DNA from: Tubulanus polymorphus
Taxonomy: Eukaryota; Animalia; Nemertea
Length of the DNA stretch: 64,000 nucleotides
Reading direction: 5' to 3'
Assembly (NCBI RefSeq): GCF_964204645.1
Contig: NC_134035.1
Coordinates: forward strand, 620,001 to 684,000
In this document: piece by piece, positions 29,264-48,100 of the stretch
Numbering within the stretch: position 1 is the first letter of the stretch
Layout: every line of letters starts with the position of its first letter
The notes under the pieces: model-generated
The model's database searches: none
Told to the model about the DNA's origin: nothing
Seen by the model: only the letters and a program-made list of their open reading frames with translations
Made by a program: the position numbers and the translations under genes

Positions 29264-29686
29264 ATAATCTTGTTTTCTCTTTGTGTCGTCTCAACGTAAT
29301 GTCTCTATTTTCGACTGGTTTTTTATCGATATTTCCCTCGACGACGACGATGATGATTCAGGTATATAGATTGTATATGATTATTTCGACGTGGTGAGTG
29401 ATTAATCGATGACTCGTATTAAATCGACGTTACACGCGCGCTAGCGTGGTTATGTATTTTTTGCATCATTTTTGATTGAAGCGTTTTATATACTGTCTTG
29501 ACGCTCGCCGCATCCGGTGTCGTTGACACTCCTGTTAGATGATGATGATGATGATGATGTTGATGAAGATGATGCTGATGATGTGTTTTTGAAGACTATT
29601 ACTCGTTATAGTTCAATCCTCTAACGCCTGTTGTTATCTCTTGTGCATCATTCATGGAATAAGTCTCTCTCTCTCTCTCTCTCTCT
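29228..29686. repeat. Cluster of microsatellites (ATT)n, (GAT)n and (CT)n in the BMAL1 5' region
   Basis: (ATT)n at ~29228-29260, (GAT)n at ~29538-29583, (CT)n at ~29664-29686. Confidence 0.9.
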
Positions 29687-30511
29687 TACTCTTGTTACTC
29701 GAAGGATTATTATTGTTGGAATATGTTTTCTGATTTCGGTTTGTTTTTATTTCTGTTTTTTTCAATTTATTTGTTATTGTAGTTGGGCCTACATGAACTT
29801 TTGACGCAAGCCTGGAACTACCAACCCCTTCACCCTGGAACCAGTCTCACTTGAGCTTGCAGCCTTTTTGTACAGTCAGTTTCGAATATGTACTGATTAA
29901 ATATCTAATGTTTGGCCATTTTCATCTAGAAAATATTCGACATGAAGTTTGAACACATGTAAAGTGTGGACGATAAGTTTTTGAATGAATGTGGTTTGTT
30001 CATTTTCAATTAATAATGTCTGATGAAGTTCTGAAAACATGTGAAGTGTGGACGATAAGTTTTTGAAAGTGTGCTGATAAATTGTCTACTCTCTGGTCAT
30101 TTTCAGTTAGAAAATGTCTCAGGAAAAGTTCTGAACACATGTGAAGTGCTTGTGTCTAATGTCAGGTGTTAATTGTTCATTTATGATGTGTATGTCTGGG
30201 ATGAAGTTTTGAATGTACGTGGTGAAGCCAGGATGATCAATATCATAATAGGAAGAAAGGGTGATAAATTAGGAGGTGCATGGTTTAGGTCGAATAGAAA
30301 AATGAGCTTGATTTTAGCTTCGATCGCGACATATTTTTTTAGCAGGATTTCATCCTTCATTGAGGCTGCGATGACCAAAAATCTATAGAATTTAATCATA
30401 TCCAAATATATCATTGTATTTTACTAAGTTTTGCTTATAGCGAATTGTTTTATAATTGTAGTTTTAAAGAACTCGCCGGGTTTCTGGAAAAATGAAGATC
30501 AGACATTCCTG

Positions 30512-36868
<6,357 letters not shown>

Positions 36869-37502
36869 GTTGTTAAATGAAAACATTTCATCACTGTTGA
36901 TGAGCGTTTAACCTGCAGTTGATGATTACGCTATTTATTATTCTGACTGTTTTGAAGTATCCACTAAACTTCATCATCAGAGAAACCAAACATTTTTGTC
37001 GACATTTTACACGGAATTTCGGTATGATACTGATGTTACCCGGTACTCGGAGGTGAATTTTGGAAATTTGTATATTTGCTATGAGCCTGTTATATGTATT
37101 TTGTAGTTGTTATAATGAAATGCTGATAGTTGCTGAGGTTGACAGGGTATTTTTAGATACAATTCTACAATTTATCGAATGTTTTTCAGATGATCACTTT
37201 TTATATCTGTTACACACATTTTTAATGCGGGGTTTGCCTCGATATTGTCCCAAAGATTTTATCGTCATTTGACAAAGTATTTTATAGAAACTGCTGTTCG
37301 TTACACTTTTTCAAGCAGTGATTAAAATGACACTGGGGTGAAGGTATCCACCGGGTACTCAACAACAGAGTTCTCTACAACAGAATGTTTTTCGGGCTGC
37401 CTTGTCATCAGCGTCTGTATTTCGGATTCTCGCAATTCTGAATTCTCCCCGACGAGACTAACTGTTTAACACCATTAGATGCCCACCTTTCTACTACAGG
37501 GT

Positions 37503-37644
37503 CAGGGGCGGATCCAGGGGCTAATATTGAACGTGTTACGATCCCAGAAGGGAACTTCGATGTCCAAATAGGCAATATTGGGACTTTCCCTGCAATGAAA
37601 CAAATTTGAAGGTCTTGTAACAAATCTTACTGGATCCGCCGCTG
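37503..37644. mobile_element. MITE with GC-rich TIR (CAGGGGCGGATCCAG...CTGGATCCGCCGCTG)
   Basis: Inverted termini. Related ends occur at ~8628-8795, ~28097-28111 and ~51990-52175. Confidence 0.6.
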
Positions 37645-39019
37645 CAGGGTGGCTGTATTTGAAGGTTAAAAGGGAAGGAAAGATTTACAGATAAATAACT
37701 TACACGGGTTGAAATAAGCACGACTCTGAATGGGCCCCTGTTACAGTACATTATATTACATGTAAGTGTACTTAACTATTACTAAGCTGATTTATGCTGT
37801 TTGAGTGTTGTGAATTTTATTCCATCCTCACTCGTAAGTGATAAAGCGGTATGTCAGTGTCCTACAAAACGATTGTTCAAATGAATAGTATTTAAGCCGT
37901 TCGATCTGATTTTAGAAAAGCAATTTTTTAAAGCACTACCATGACAATTGATATGTGTAAAATTGATAATTGAATCAAACTCCTTAAGCTGAGTAATATA
38001 TGGTTGAGATTCTATCGAATCGTACGTTGATGATGCGATAGAGTTCTTGTATTGATGCTATATTTTATCTAGTCAAACCCACTCAATTCAGATCGGTTTC
38101 TAATCCAGATTCTAATTACATTCCACCTATACGTAAATGTATGTAGAATATGTCGTTTTAGTCGTGATTTATCATAAACCGAATGAATTTTGTTGGTCCA
38201 AAATGATCCAAATCAAGCGGGTGCGTATGTATTGATTCGTTTTGATGCACGTAATGTTTGCTGCAATAGAATTAAATGATTTAAAGATAATATATTCCAT
38301 GTTACAGTAGGAACTACTCCTTCCTATCGATTAGGACTGCTACAAACTCAAATTTATTGGGACTGCTCTTTGTTCGGACGATATTTGTGTTTTTCTGAAT
38401 TACTAATGCGATGAATTGCAGTAAAACAATGTGGATATCTAATCGATATTCTATTTTGATGATTCTAAGTGATAATTCAAGAGTTGAAGAGTTAGACTAA
38501 ATAACTATACTTGATGTTGTTTTATAGATATGAATGTTTTAATATTGCTCCAGTATTATGTATTACACGTTAATGTAATGTACGTTTTTGATGATATTTT
38601 TTATAGTAATATTGTACTTCCTTCTGCTGAGTTCATAGTCAATGAATAGACCAGAATTCAAGAGACGCAAGTCGTCATATTATTTATTAAATGCTGACAT
38701 TAAATTGAGCCTAATTTCATTTCAATTTACGATGGAGAATTTTATAATGAGATAATCCGTTTAACAGTCGGGTTTTCCCTCGCTGATGAACTCGTTAATG
38801 ATGTATAAGATTTATCATTTTTTGATAAAAAGAAACTTGTTCGAATCACAAGGTTCTTCTTTCCAAAATGTCTACCTCCCTTTACATTCGTCATGTTTTA
38901 TGACAACTAACGTTTTTTTGAATTGATATATTTTGTGTGATGATAAAGTAGAATCGGTCTTCTACATTGTAGATTCTGCTCAAGCTTTTGAACGTAGAAA
39001 TTTGTCCAACGCTGAGAGA

Positions 39020-39345
39020 CCTGATATCTGAGTTGGATGGTACAAAGTAGTCTCCACTCAAGTGTGATCTTTTGACTTGAGAGTGATATATGAGTTGGAT
39101 GATACAGTGGACTCTGTGCAAGTCAGATATTTTGACTTGAGAGTGATATCTGAGTTGGATGGTACAGTAGACTCCGCTCAAGTCTGATCTTTTGACTTGA
39201 GTGTGATATCTGAGTTCAATGATACAGTAGACTCTGCTCAAGTCAGATGTTTTGACTCAAGAGTGATATATGAGTTGAATGATACAGTAGACTCCGCTCA
39301 AGTCAGATCTTTTGACTCAAGAGTGATATGTAAGTTGCATGATGT
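39020..39345. repeat. Tandem repeat, ~5 copies of a 60-bp unit
   Basis: TACAGTAGACTC(C/T)GCTCAAGTCAGATCTTTTGACTTGAGAGTGATATCTGAGTTGGATG recurs at 39101, 39161, 39221 and 39281. Confidence 0.9.
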
Positions 39346-39447
39346 GTAAAGGGTCACCAATTCGTTTTCTACAAACATCCAAGTTATTAAGAGGGTTTTC
39401 TCTGAGTTGATCCAATCCAACAAGACGAGCCTATACTGCAATACTAA

Positions 39448-39617
39448 CAGTGGAACCTTGTTACAACTTACTTCACGGGGCTAGAAAATATATCCGTTAT
39501 AAACTGATAGTTCGTTGTATTAAATTAATCAAATTTTCAATTACTTGCGACAAAATTTTATACTTGTAATATCCGATGAATCGCGGTATCGGAGTTCATT
39601 GTCACGAGGTTCCACTG
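39448..39617. mobile_element. Tc1/mariner/pogo-type MITE
   Basis: TIR CAGTGGAACCT(T/C)GT...ACGAGGTTCCACTG. Related copies lie at ~62991-63125 and ~12280-12450. Confidence 0.7.
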
Positions 39618-39953
39618 TGATTTATTAAATCAAGGCTATCATTGAGCGCTGGTACATGTTGAATATTTCTATGTTCACCAGTGTCATCATGTCATGTTTG
39701 ATGTTATGATAGGAAAGCTTAGGGTTTATCGGCATTCACACTCCTTTCCTTTATCTTTGTTTCGTTTGTAAAACCGAATTTAATACGGTCAACATCTTCA
39801 CTTACCATGGAGGTCCCAATAGCGGCAGGTACAACCGCAATTTGACTGTATTCGGTTTTTATATTGGGGGGGGGGTGATTTCTGAGGCAAGCAGATTGAC
39901 ATCTTTCTTTTCGTTGTTTAGCTAAAATCTACAGGTTCAAATGCAACGGGTTG

Positions 39954-40168
39954 TTGAAAATTCGTAGGAGCAAAAACAGTAAAAAATTCTAGCGACCAGA
40001 GTTACATTTTCCCCTAATCAGGCATAGCGCAAGTTATTGAAAAAAGATTTATTCATTTGTGCTATGTCTGAAGAGGGGAAAACTCCCGAAAACGTTTGCT
40101 GTTAAAGAATTTATATACTCATTAGAAAATGAGATTTGTATTGTTTTTGCTTCTATGGATTTTCAACT
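39954..40168. repeat. Imperfect long inverted repeat (probable MITE)
   Basis: GTTGAAAATTCGTAGGAGCAAAAACA / TGTTTTTGCTTCTATGGATTTTCAAC and TTTTCCCCT..CAGGCATAGC / GCTATGTCTG..AGGGGAAAA. Confidence 0.6.
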
Positions 40169-43100
40169 ATTTGAACTCTTTATTCAAGATTTGCTCAATT
40201 TAGCATAATACAACTACAAAGCGCATTTGGTTGTTGAATTCCGTAACTTGTATCATATTGAGAGGGTGAAGTATTAAATATTTCACCAGTGATCTCATTG
40301 TAACAAGGTTTCTATGATCTCCATTAAATTCGCTTTAATTGGGACATCGAATCGGATCTCGAATTGACAGAATACAATTCTGGTCTTAAAGTTAACTGGA
40401 TCTAATTAGAACAAACAATGGTTAATGTTAATCGGTGCGCGTCTAGTATCGATAGAATAATGACAATGTGTGTTTTATATATGGCTGATATGAACTTCGT
40501 CCACTTAATGGTTGTGTGCCGCCGTTTTAATAAGATTTTGTGAGTAAAATTACAAATTATATACATCTGTTCGAAATATATCTACATATCAAAATGAAAT
40601 CTGTTCTTCTAAGCTTTTCATTTTGTATTCCTGCAATCTGCGGTGTATTCGGAATGTCAATTTTCTTGTATTTCGTAATTGCAGCGTTTATTTTTTGCGA
40701 TATTGATGTAACATAGAATGGGATTCAAACAAGATCTTTTATTTATTTCTGTTTGGGCATGTGGCGTAGTAAATAGTATTGCCGACTAAAAGGATAATTC
40801 TCCGCCGGAATGCCACTTAAAATAGCAAATTCTTCTTGAACATTTATTAGACAATTTAACTAGAAATTCGCAAAAAAGGAAAATATGAACAATTTATTTT
40901 ATTGGGTGAGGCATAGGGTTGACACGAGTCGGCTCAGCGGGACAACTGAAACTACACAATTCACAATGTATTTTTCTACATTAGATTTGAGAATCGACGA
41001 CGGAAAGGAAACTTAATTGGAAGAAAAACGAGTTTGAGAACAAGAGACAAAAGTTGAATTACGGGTTAGGACCCACCAATCTCCGTCGGTCATCATCAAT
41101 CATCAAATACGGTTTCACACTCGTAAAAACAGTGTATATAGGCAGAAAAACACTCGAGAGTCTGATTTATCAGTTTATTTCAGTTCGAGTATTAAAACAG
41201 TGGGCATTCAATTTCGCTTTTATTATTAGTTATTCTGTCGGTTTTCTATCAAGTTTATGACATATGCCGAGTGCATACTGAGGTGTCGCCGGGTCCCGTG
41301 TTTACTCCACTGGAACAACAAAAACTCCAATATAAACCCATTCATCGGTAGATTGTGGCGGGTAACATTCAGGCTATACATGACGGCTACCGTATACAGG
41401 TCCGTAGCAATCAGCGGAACCAAACCCATTCATCGGCCAGAGAACGACGCGGTTGCCTATTGGTCAATATAGAAATACGCCACCGGTCGACAGTAAGTAG
41501 AATCGCTAAGCCCGTCATTCACCTCAGGCTCTTCACACCGTGTAGACACTATGCTGACGTGGATTCTCCTCCTGGCGTTCTTCTTCGCGATTACGCTGCG
41601 CTCTACAAGCTGGTTCCTTCATGAGGAACGACGTCTTTATGTTTTACGTGATACTGTTCGTCTCTGTGCTGTCCTGTGCTGTCCTGTGCTGTTCTGTGTT
41701 TATTAATCCGTTCTATTTTTCAGTGTCTAATCCGTTTTATTTTTCAGGGCCGATTTCTCTGTCGATTTTCGATGTTCTATGGAACAAAACTAATGTCCGA
41801 AAGCATCGGCTCTCCTTCGCCGGTCTTGTGTCGAGAATGTCGGGTAAGAGTCAGCCAGGAAATGATGTCCCTATTGCCCTCACACAGGGAATGCAAACTA
41901 GGACGACAATGCCTCGCATCATTATCTGCCTACAGTGTGTACTGAGTGACGTCAATGACTGTCGAATCTATCGGATTACTAGGGGTAAAAGATTGAGTGG
42001 TGTCATACTGTCTTACCCTTCCGGCAGGACTGTAGTTGTGTTCCGGCAACTAGTGTGACTCTAGTTCTGGCCATTGGTCGCCTTGGTTTTCCGGCAGAAC
42101 TTCTCTCCTGAGTTGTTCTCCGGCAACTAGTTAACTCTAGTTCTGGCCATTGTTGTCCTTTGGTTTTCCGGCAGCACTTCTATTTGTTCTCGTTCGGCAA
42201 CTAGTTAACTCTAGTTCGAGTCAGTTAGCACTATTCTTTTTTACCCTTATCGATCTGGTAAATTGTCAGTTATTGATGCCGCCCGGTACATCCTGTAGGT
42301 AGATGATGAATGCGAGGCGTTGGCGCCCTGGTTTGCGTTCCCCGCGCGAAGGCACGTAGGGACGAGTGTTTCCTGGCTGACTCGTCACCTATCGTTCTCG
42401 GCACGTGACCGGTGAAGAAGAGCTGAAAAGCTTTCGGTCATTAGTTTTGTTCCGTACCAGGTTTTCATCTCCGTTCTCTCTCTCTTCTCTCATTTCAGGT
42501 TACCCATAAGAAAGCGATGACGAAGATTCCAGGAAGACCACGAAGATGTCGCTGAGACCTGACGACAGCCCGTGAAGACGCTACATAAAGCTAAGTTGAT
42601 TTGTCTTTTCGCCCCCTCCCGAGTCCCCTCATCTAATACTCCCCAACCTCCAATAATCAGCATACATCTATCGTCTCCGATTCTTCTATTTCCAGGTCGA
42701 CTCAAAGAACTCCCCTCAACCCGACGTCGAAGCAATGGAATTAAGTAAATGTGAGTGTGTCAATATAATTTACCATGTTTAATAAATAAGGTTCATTTAT
42801 CCATAGAACAACCTCCTCTAAGTATGCTAGCAACTTGAGATCGTTTCTGTTGTTATTTTTGAAGCATTCTATCGGCTCAGTTAGTAATAAACAAAACACA
42901 TAACCATAAACCAAAACTAAATAAAGAAAACAAAGAACCCAAAACTAAATAAACAAAACAAACCAAAACTAAATAAAGAAAACAAACTAAAACTAAATAA
43001 ACAAAACAAACAAACAAATAAGCATAAACCACGGACTCTGAGTCCATAAACCAAAACTAAATAAAAAGACACATTAAAATATAACTGATATGATAGAATG

Positions 43101-43335
43101 CAAGAAAGATCAAGCTTTCATTGAAATAGTGCCCACCGATTCACTTATGTGAATATAATTGTTTTATGGAAAATGAGGACTTGTATTACTAAGGGATCGT
43201 TCGTAAAGTACACACAAAATTGGAACATTTTTGAAGGTTTCATTTACTCTATGTACGCATATCGTACGCTAAATTTGTTGATAGCCACTTAGCTATCTAC
43301 GTAGATCTCTAACTTTGTGAACGGTCTCCTACTAC

Positions 43336-43472
43336 GTGACTGGCACCTTGACGCGGTGTAGTAGCTTGTGTGCCTCCATGACCCTGAGAGCTATGCTGGT
43401 GGGAGTTTATCTCCTGGCAGGTTCAACCATACCAGACAGGTCTAGGGGTAGAGGCCAGACGAAGATCAGTCG
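43336..43472 (+). mobile_element. Isolated 5' leader of an RTE-clade non-LTR retrotransposon
   Basis: CACCTTGACGCGGTG..GCTTGTGTGCCTCCATGACCCTGAGAGCTATGC..CTCCTGGCAGG..GACAGGTC..GAGGCCAGACGAAGA resembles the conserved RTE/BovB-type 5' end as recalled from memory. Nested complementary segments are present; no ORF follows. Confidence 0.6.
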
Positions 43473-43555
43473 TTTTCAAATTTTTTTGATGGTTCAAAAC
43501 AGAAACTTACAATTTGGCGTTGCCACAATTATGATGTATTTCGTATCTCGACCTG

Positions 43556-43693
43556 GAGCCAGTTGCACAGTCATGACTTAAGTCCAAAAGTGGTCTTAAA
43601 TCTTAAGACTGGTCTTATGTTGTTAGATTAGCTATAGAAGTAGGTTGGTCTTAGACTGATCTTAAGTCTAAGCCATGAATATGCAACTGGCCC
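43556..43693. mobile_element. Harbinger-type MITE family A
   Basis: GAGCCAGTTGCACAGTCATG...CATGAATATGCAACTGGCCC, flanked by CTG on both sides. Confidence 0.72.
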
Positions 43694-44616
43694 CTGATGG
43701 CTACAGTGATGTCCTTATTTTATTGTCATCTATGTATAACTTTTGCCCAAGAATAAAACGGCATTTTAATATGTTCATTAAATCCTTCGTTCGTTTGGTT
43801 AAGTTTTATCTCAATGATTTCAAAGTGGTGCTTTTCAATGGGTTCATGCCGATTGATTGAGGTTTTATCGATATGAGCTGTGTGTCCTCGATCTCATGAT
43901 GTCATTTTAGCATTCTATCAGCTCAACTACTAATAAACCTATTTACCAATAAACTCACAATAAACTAAAAACATTAAATTAAACCAATACATTTAGATAG
44001 TTGATGTGATAGAATGCTTGATACTTCATGAGATACATATATACGTAACCATTGATTGATGTGTTCTCATCAAGCATCGTCGAGTCCGATTTTTTCGGTG
44101 TTTTATGGATCAATTGCTTGGCATATGTATATGAAATTAAGAGATAGTGATAAAGTGTCTATTACTGTTGTTGTATGTTTGTATTAAACATGATTTTAAC
44201 TTGGAGTAATCATTTCAAATGATTACAACAAGATTTAAACTTCTATTTATGACAATACCAGTTTTACTGGTTTCATCGAGTCTGTAATTATGTGACAAAA
44301 TAAATAAAACTCGTTCTTTGTTGTTTGTTTTGAATGCAAGTAACACAGGTCCGTATGTGGGCGTTGCCCCCTCCCCCGAGAAATTTAGGAAAAGTGCCCT
44401 TTTTCCAAATATTATTGTTATATATTAGAACTGCCCCTTTTCGGGTTTCTCGGCCCCCTAAAGAGTCAAATGCTAGGTATGGCCCTGAGTAATGGTGCCT
44501 TGTTTCTCCAGCTGCTGGGTCACAATGTTCATCTCTACAGGCACGCTGCCGGCTCTCTGGTTAGGGTGGCCTGCCTCATCATGATTTTTAAAAAGTGATG
44601 TAGCCTACATGGTAGA

Positions 44617-44695
44617 TAGGCGGCCGCTCAGCAGGAAACACGGTATGAATTGAGTTTTAGCTTGACTGGGTTCGAACTCCGGACAACCCTGCGTA
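44617..44695 (+). mobile_element. tRNA-related Pol III promoter-like head (probable SINE)
   Basis: TAGCCTACATGG (A-box-like) and GGTTCGAACTCC (B-box). No complete cloverleaf. Confidence 0.4.
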
Positions 44696-45181
44696 CAAAA
44701 ATCGGACCAAGCCCTGAACCGTCAACATCGTTGACGATGAGTGGGGACTGTTGCCGATCCTAGCAGCTGAGCTTGTACCAACATTACGCTGGCTAGCCCG
44801 GTGCCCTAAGAACTATTGTGACCGAGGGAGGGGGAGTGTAAGACTGAAATAATGCTTTATTGGTTCAGCCATTCGCGCTCTCCTGAAATATTGACTAGTT
44901 CCGTATCAATTCAATTTTATCAATCGGTTCTCATAAAAAATTCACAAAATTAACATAAACATATTCAAATTGGCAACGGCGTATTGGCCGCGATGGCGAT
45001 GTCGGCACCGGTATTCCGTACGCCGGAGCGCCGGAGCTACCCTTTATACGGTTGGGTGTGATACTCTGCGGCGGCGTTTCGGGTTATCGCGGACGCTCTG
45101 CACAACGCGCAGTTCGTTGAAATTTAAGAAATCCTTTTTTCGTAGAATTTCGTTAATTACACAAATTTTAGATGCGGTAGG

Positions 45182-48100
45182 ATGGAAGCCCAAACAACAG
45201 CTGCCAGCCCCGTTGTAGAACCTGAAACGTCTGCCGCTGGCACCAGTGGTAGTGGCTGTGCTGTGGAAGCTCAAACGACAACTAGTAAATCTACTGAAGA
45301 AGTCGATGATGGTACTCATGGTACCGGCAGTTTGGAAGCTCAAACCACGGCTACAGGTACAAGTGTGGAAGCTCAAACAACAGCTACCAGTGGTAAAAGT
45401 GTGGAAGCTCAAACCACAGCTACCAGCGGTACCAATGTGGAAGCTACTAGCCGCGGTACCGGCGTGGAAGCTCAGACGACAGCTACCGGCGGTACCAGTT
45501 CGCTAAACTTCAATGTGTGCAGTTTGTGTAAAGAGAACTTCACCTCGAGTAAACAACCGAAACTACTGCCGTGTTTACATTCATTCTGTAAAAATTGTCT
45601 CTTCGAATTCAATGCCGAAAGACGTCAACAACAGCAACAACAACAGGGTAAGAATTGATATCAATTGTTCTCACTACCTACATCATGTATCCTACCTGGG
45701 TGACCTACTAGTGGGCTGTTACCTTCTATAGTGGGTACGAAGAATTGTAGAAAAGATATCAATAAGAAACGCCACGTTGGGGGAGGTATTAATTTAAGGG
45801 TCCTCATTAGGCCTACCGAGATGACGTAATTTACCGAGATCATGAAATATAACATATTTATTTATTCCTTGTCGATATTAACACTTGAAATCATGTTATA
45901 TCAGTAATAGATACCTTGTAGAGTCATATTTTACATTTTTTACAAAATTTGTATGGCGGGATAATTCCATGCTAAAAAGCAAAGCAAAGTTCAAATACAC
46001 TCCTTCGGGCCGGTTCCATAGTCATAGCTTAGACTTAAGACCATTCTAAGACCTACTTAGTTCTATAGCCAATCTAACAACTTAAGACCAGTCTTAAGAT
46101 TTAAGACCACTCTTGGTATTAAGTCTTGACTAAGGAACCCCAGGACCCAGTTACACAGTTGTGACTTAAGATATGACTCTGAGTTGACTCATTATTTACA
46201 TTATTCGTGGTTCTCTATTTGTAGGTGTAGATGACAGAAGTCGATGCGCTACGTGTAACGCACTATATCATACATCGCAAATCATCGATAATAAATTCAT
46301 CTCGGAAACGTCGGTGACCGAAATGCAAAATGCAGCCGAGGAATCGAATAACTGCACGGGATGCGAGGATTCGATCCCGGCGACGTCTTATTGCATCGAT
46401 TGTCCCGAGTGGTTGTGCGACCAGTGCGTGCAGGCGCACCGACGCGTCCGCGTTACCAAGGACCACACGATCCAACCGAAAGACAACATCCCGAGCGACT
46501 CGCATCGACAGAGCGTCGGCCCCGGCGACCGCGCCATGTACTGCCCGACGCACAAACACGAACCGTTAAAACTGTACTGCGAGACGTGCGGACAGTTGAC
46601 GTGTCGCGACTGTCAACTGTCGTCGAATCATAAAGAACACCGATACCAGTTCGTCGACGAGGTCAGCGACAAGCATAAAGACGAACTGCGCGCGTTGCTG
46701 CTGAAAATACGCGAGAAACGCACGTACATCGATAACGCGAAGTACCTGATCGAAAAACGCTTCAAGGACATACGCGACAAGGAGCAGATCGTCGGCAACG
46801 AGATCAAAGTGTTCGCGATTAAATTCATCGCCGAAATCAACAATCGCGGTAAAGAACTACTCGCCGAGTTGAACGCGATCAGTCAGGCGAAAAAAACTCA
46901 GCTCACGCAGAAGAGTAAAGAGATCGAGGCGTTGTACTCGCTGCTTGATCACAGCGTACAGTTCACCGAGAAGGCGTTGGAAACCGGTAGCAACACGGCG
47001 CTATTGTTGAGCAAATCGCTCGTTACCAAGCAACTGGAACGCGTGATGCACACGAAATGCGAAGTACCGAATCCGAATCACAACGTCGATATCCGATTCA
47101 CGTTCGATTCGGCGTTCGTGAAGAATCACATCCCGCGTTTGGGTCAGCTCTACGTCGACGGATTCTCGTATCACAACAATACGCTGCAGGGTCTGTCGCC
47201 GTCGGCGATGGCCAGTTTCCAGAGCATGACCACCGAACAGAAGCAGATGCTCGTCAACAAACTGCTGCGACAGAAGAAAGCGTCGGAAATGGCGTCTCAA
47301 CAATCGACCGGAATGAAACACGTGTCGTCGTCGAACGGACGCCCGAACACGATCTCTTATCACCCGACGCACCAAGGTCAAGGTCGGCCGGTGATAAGTT
47401 TGAATCAACTTGCTCAAGGTCGCAGCGGTCACAACCTTTCGCGCGCAATGCTTTCTCGTTCGTTACTACAACAAGGTCTTCCTCAATCCGTTATAGGTGA
47501 GTGTTATTATTATTACATTTTAAACCTTTCAATTTCAGCGTGGAATTTTTTCCATATCTTAGCTCAGACATAATGTTTCACGAATAGTTGATTCATGATG
47601 TTTCTTCTCTTCCAGACGTAAATGCTCAAAATCAGCTATCATCGGTAACTAGTAGTAGTGGTACGTACTGGTGGCTCATCTGGAAAAAGGGAATTTTGAA
47701 AAAAGAACTTTAAGTCGGGGAAATTTGTTGGGATTGCTAGATGGCGTGTAAAATCAAACAGTTTCGTCTATGTGCTACGTATTTTATCTTTGTAAATAAT
47801 GAGAATCATTTATGTTTGTTTTTCTAGCAGCGAGTTGTAAAGCGGTCGCGGGTAGCGATTCATCGGATTCTGCTCTGAATTTCTCCGGTCAACAATACCC
47901 CTCGAGTACCAGCAGGTATGAGACACCCGGCTCTACAGAACTACAGTTGAAATTAGTCTCTTAAGAGTTCAAACATTCGGAAATGAACTTTAGTCATATT
48001 TTACCAACCACTGTTGGGATGTGCTTAAATCTGGCTTAAATTCTTTCAAACTCACTCTAAACAAGATACGTAAATCTCAACTGTCTCAATTCTCTGTTTA

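Noticed and set aside
38891-39241. 116-aa repetitive ORF
   Set aside because: It is a translation of the 60-bp tandem repeat, with no splice or promoter support.
40062-40100. Another hammerhead-like string CTGAAGA-GGGG..CCC-GAAAACGTT
   Set aside because: The core boxes and a short stem II are present, but stem I cannot form convincingly and the string lies in one arm of a larger inverted repeat. It is degenerate at best.
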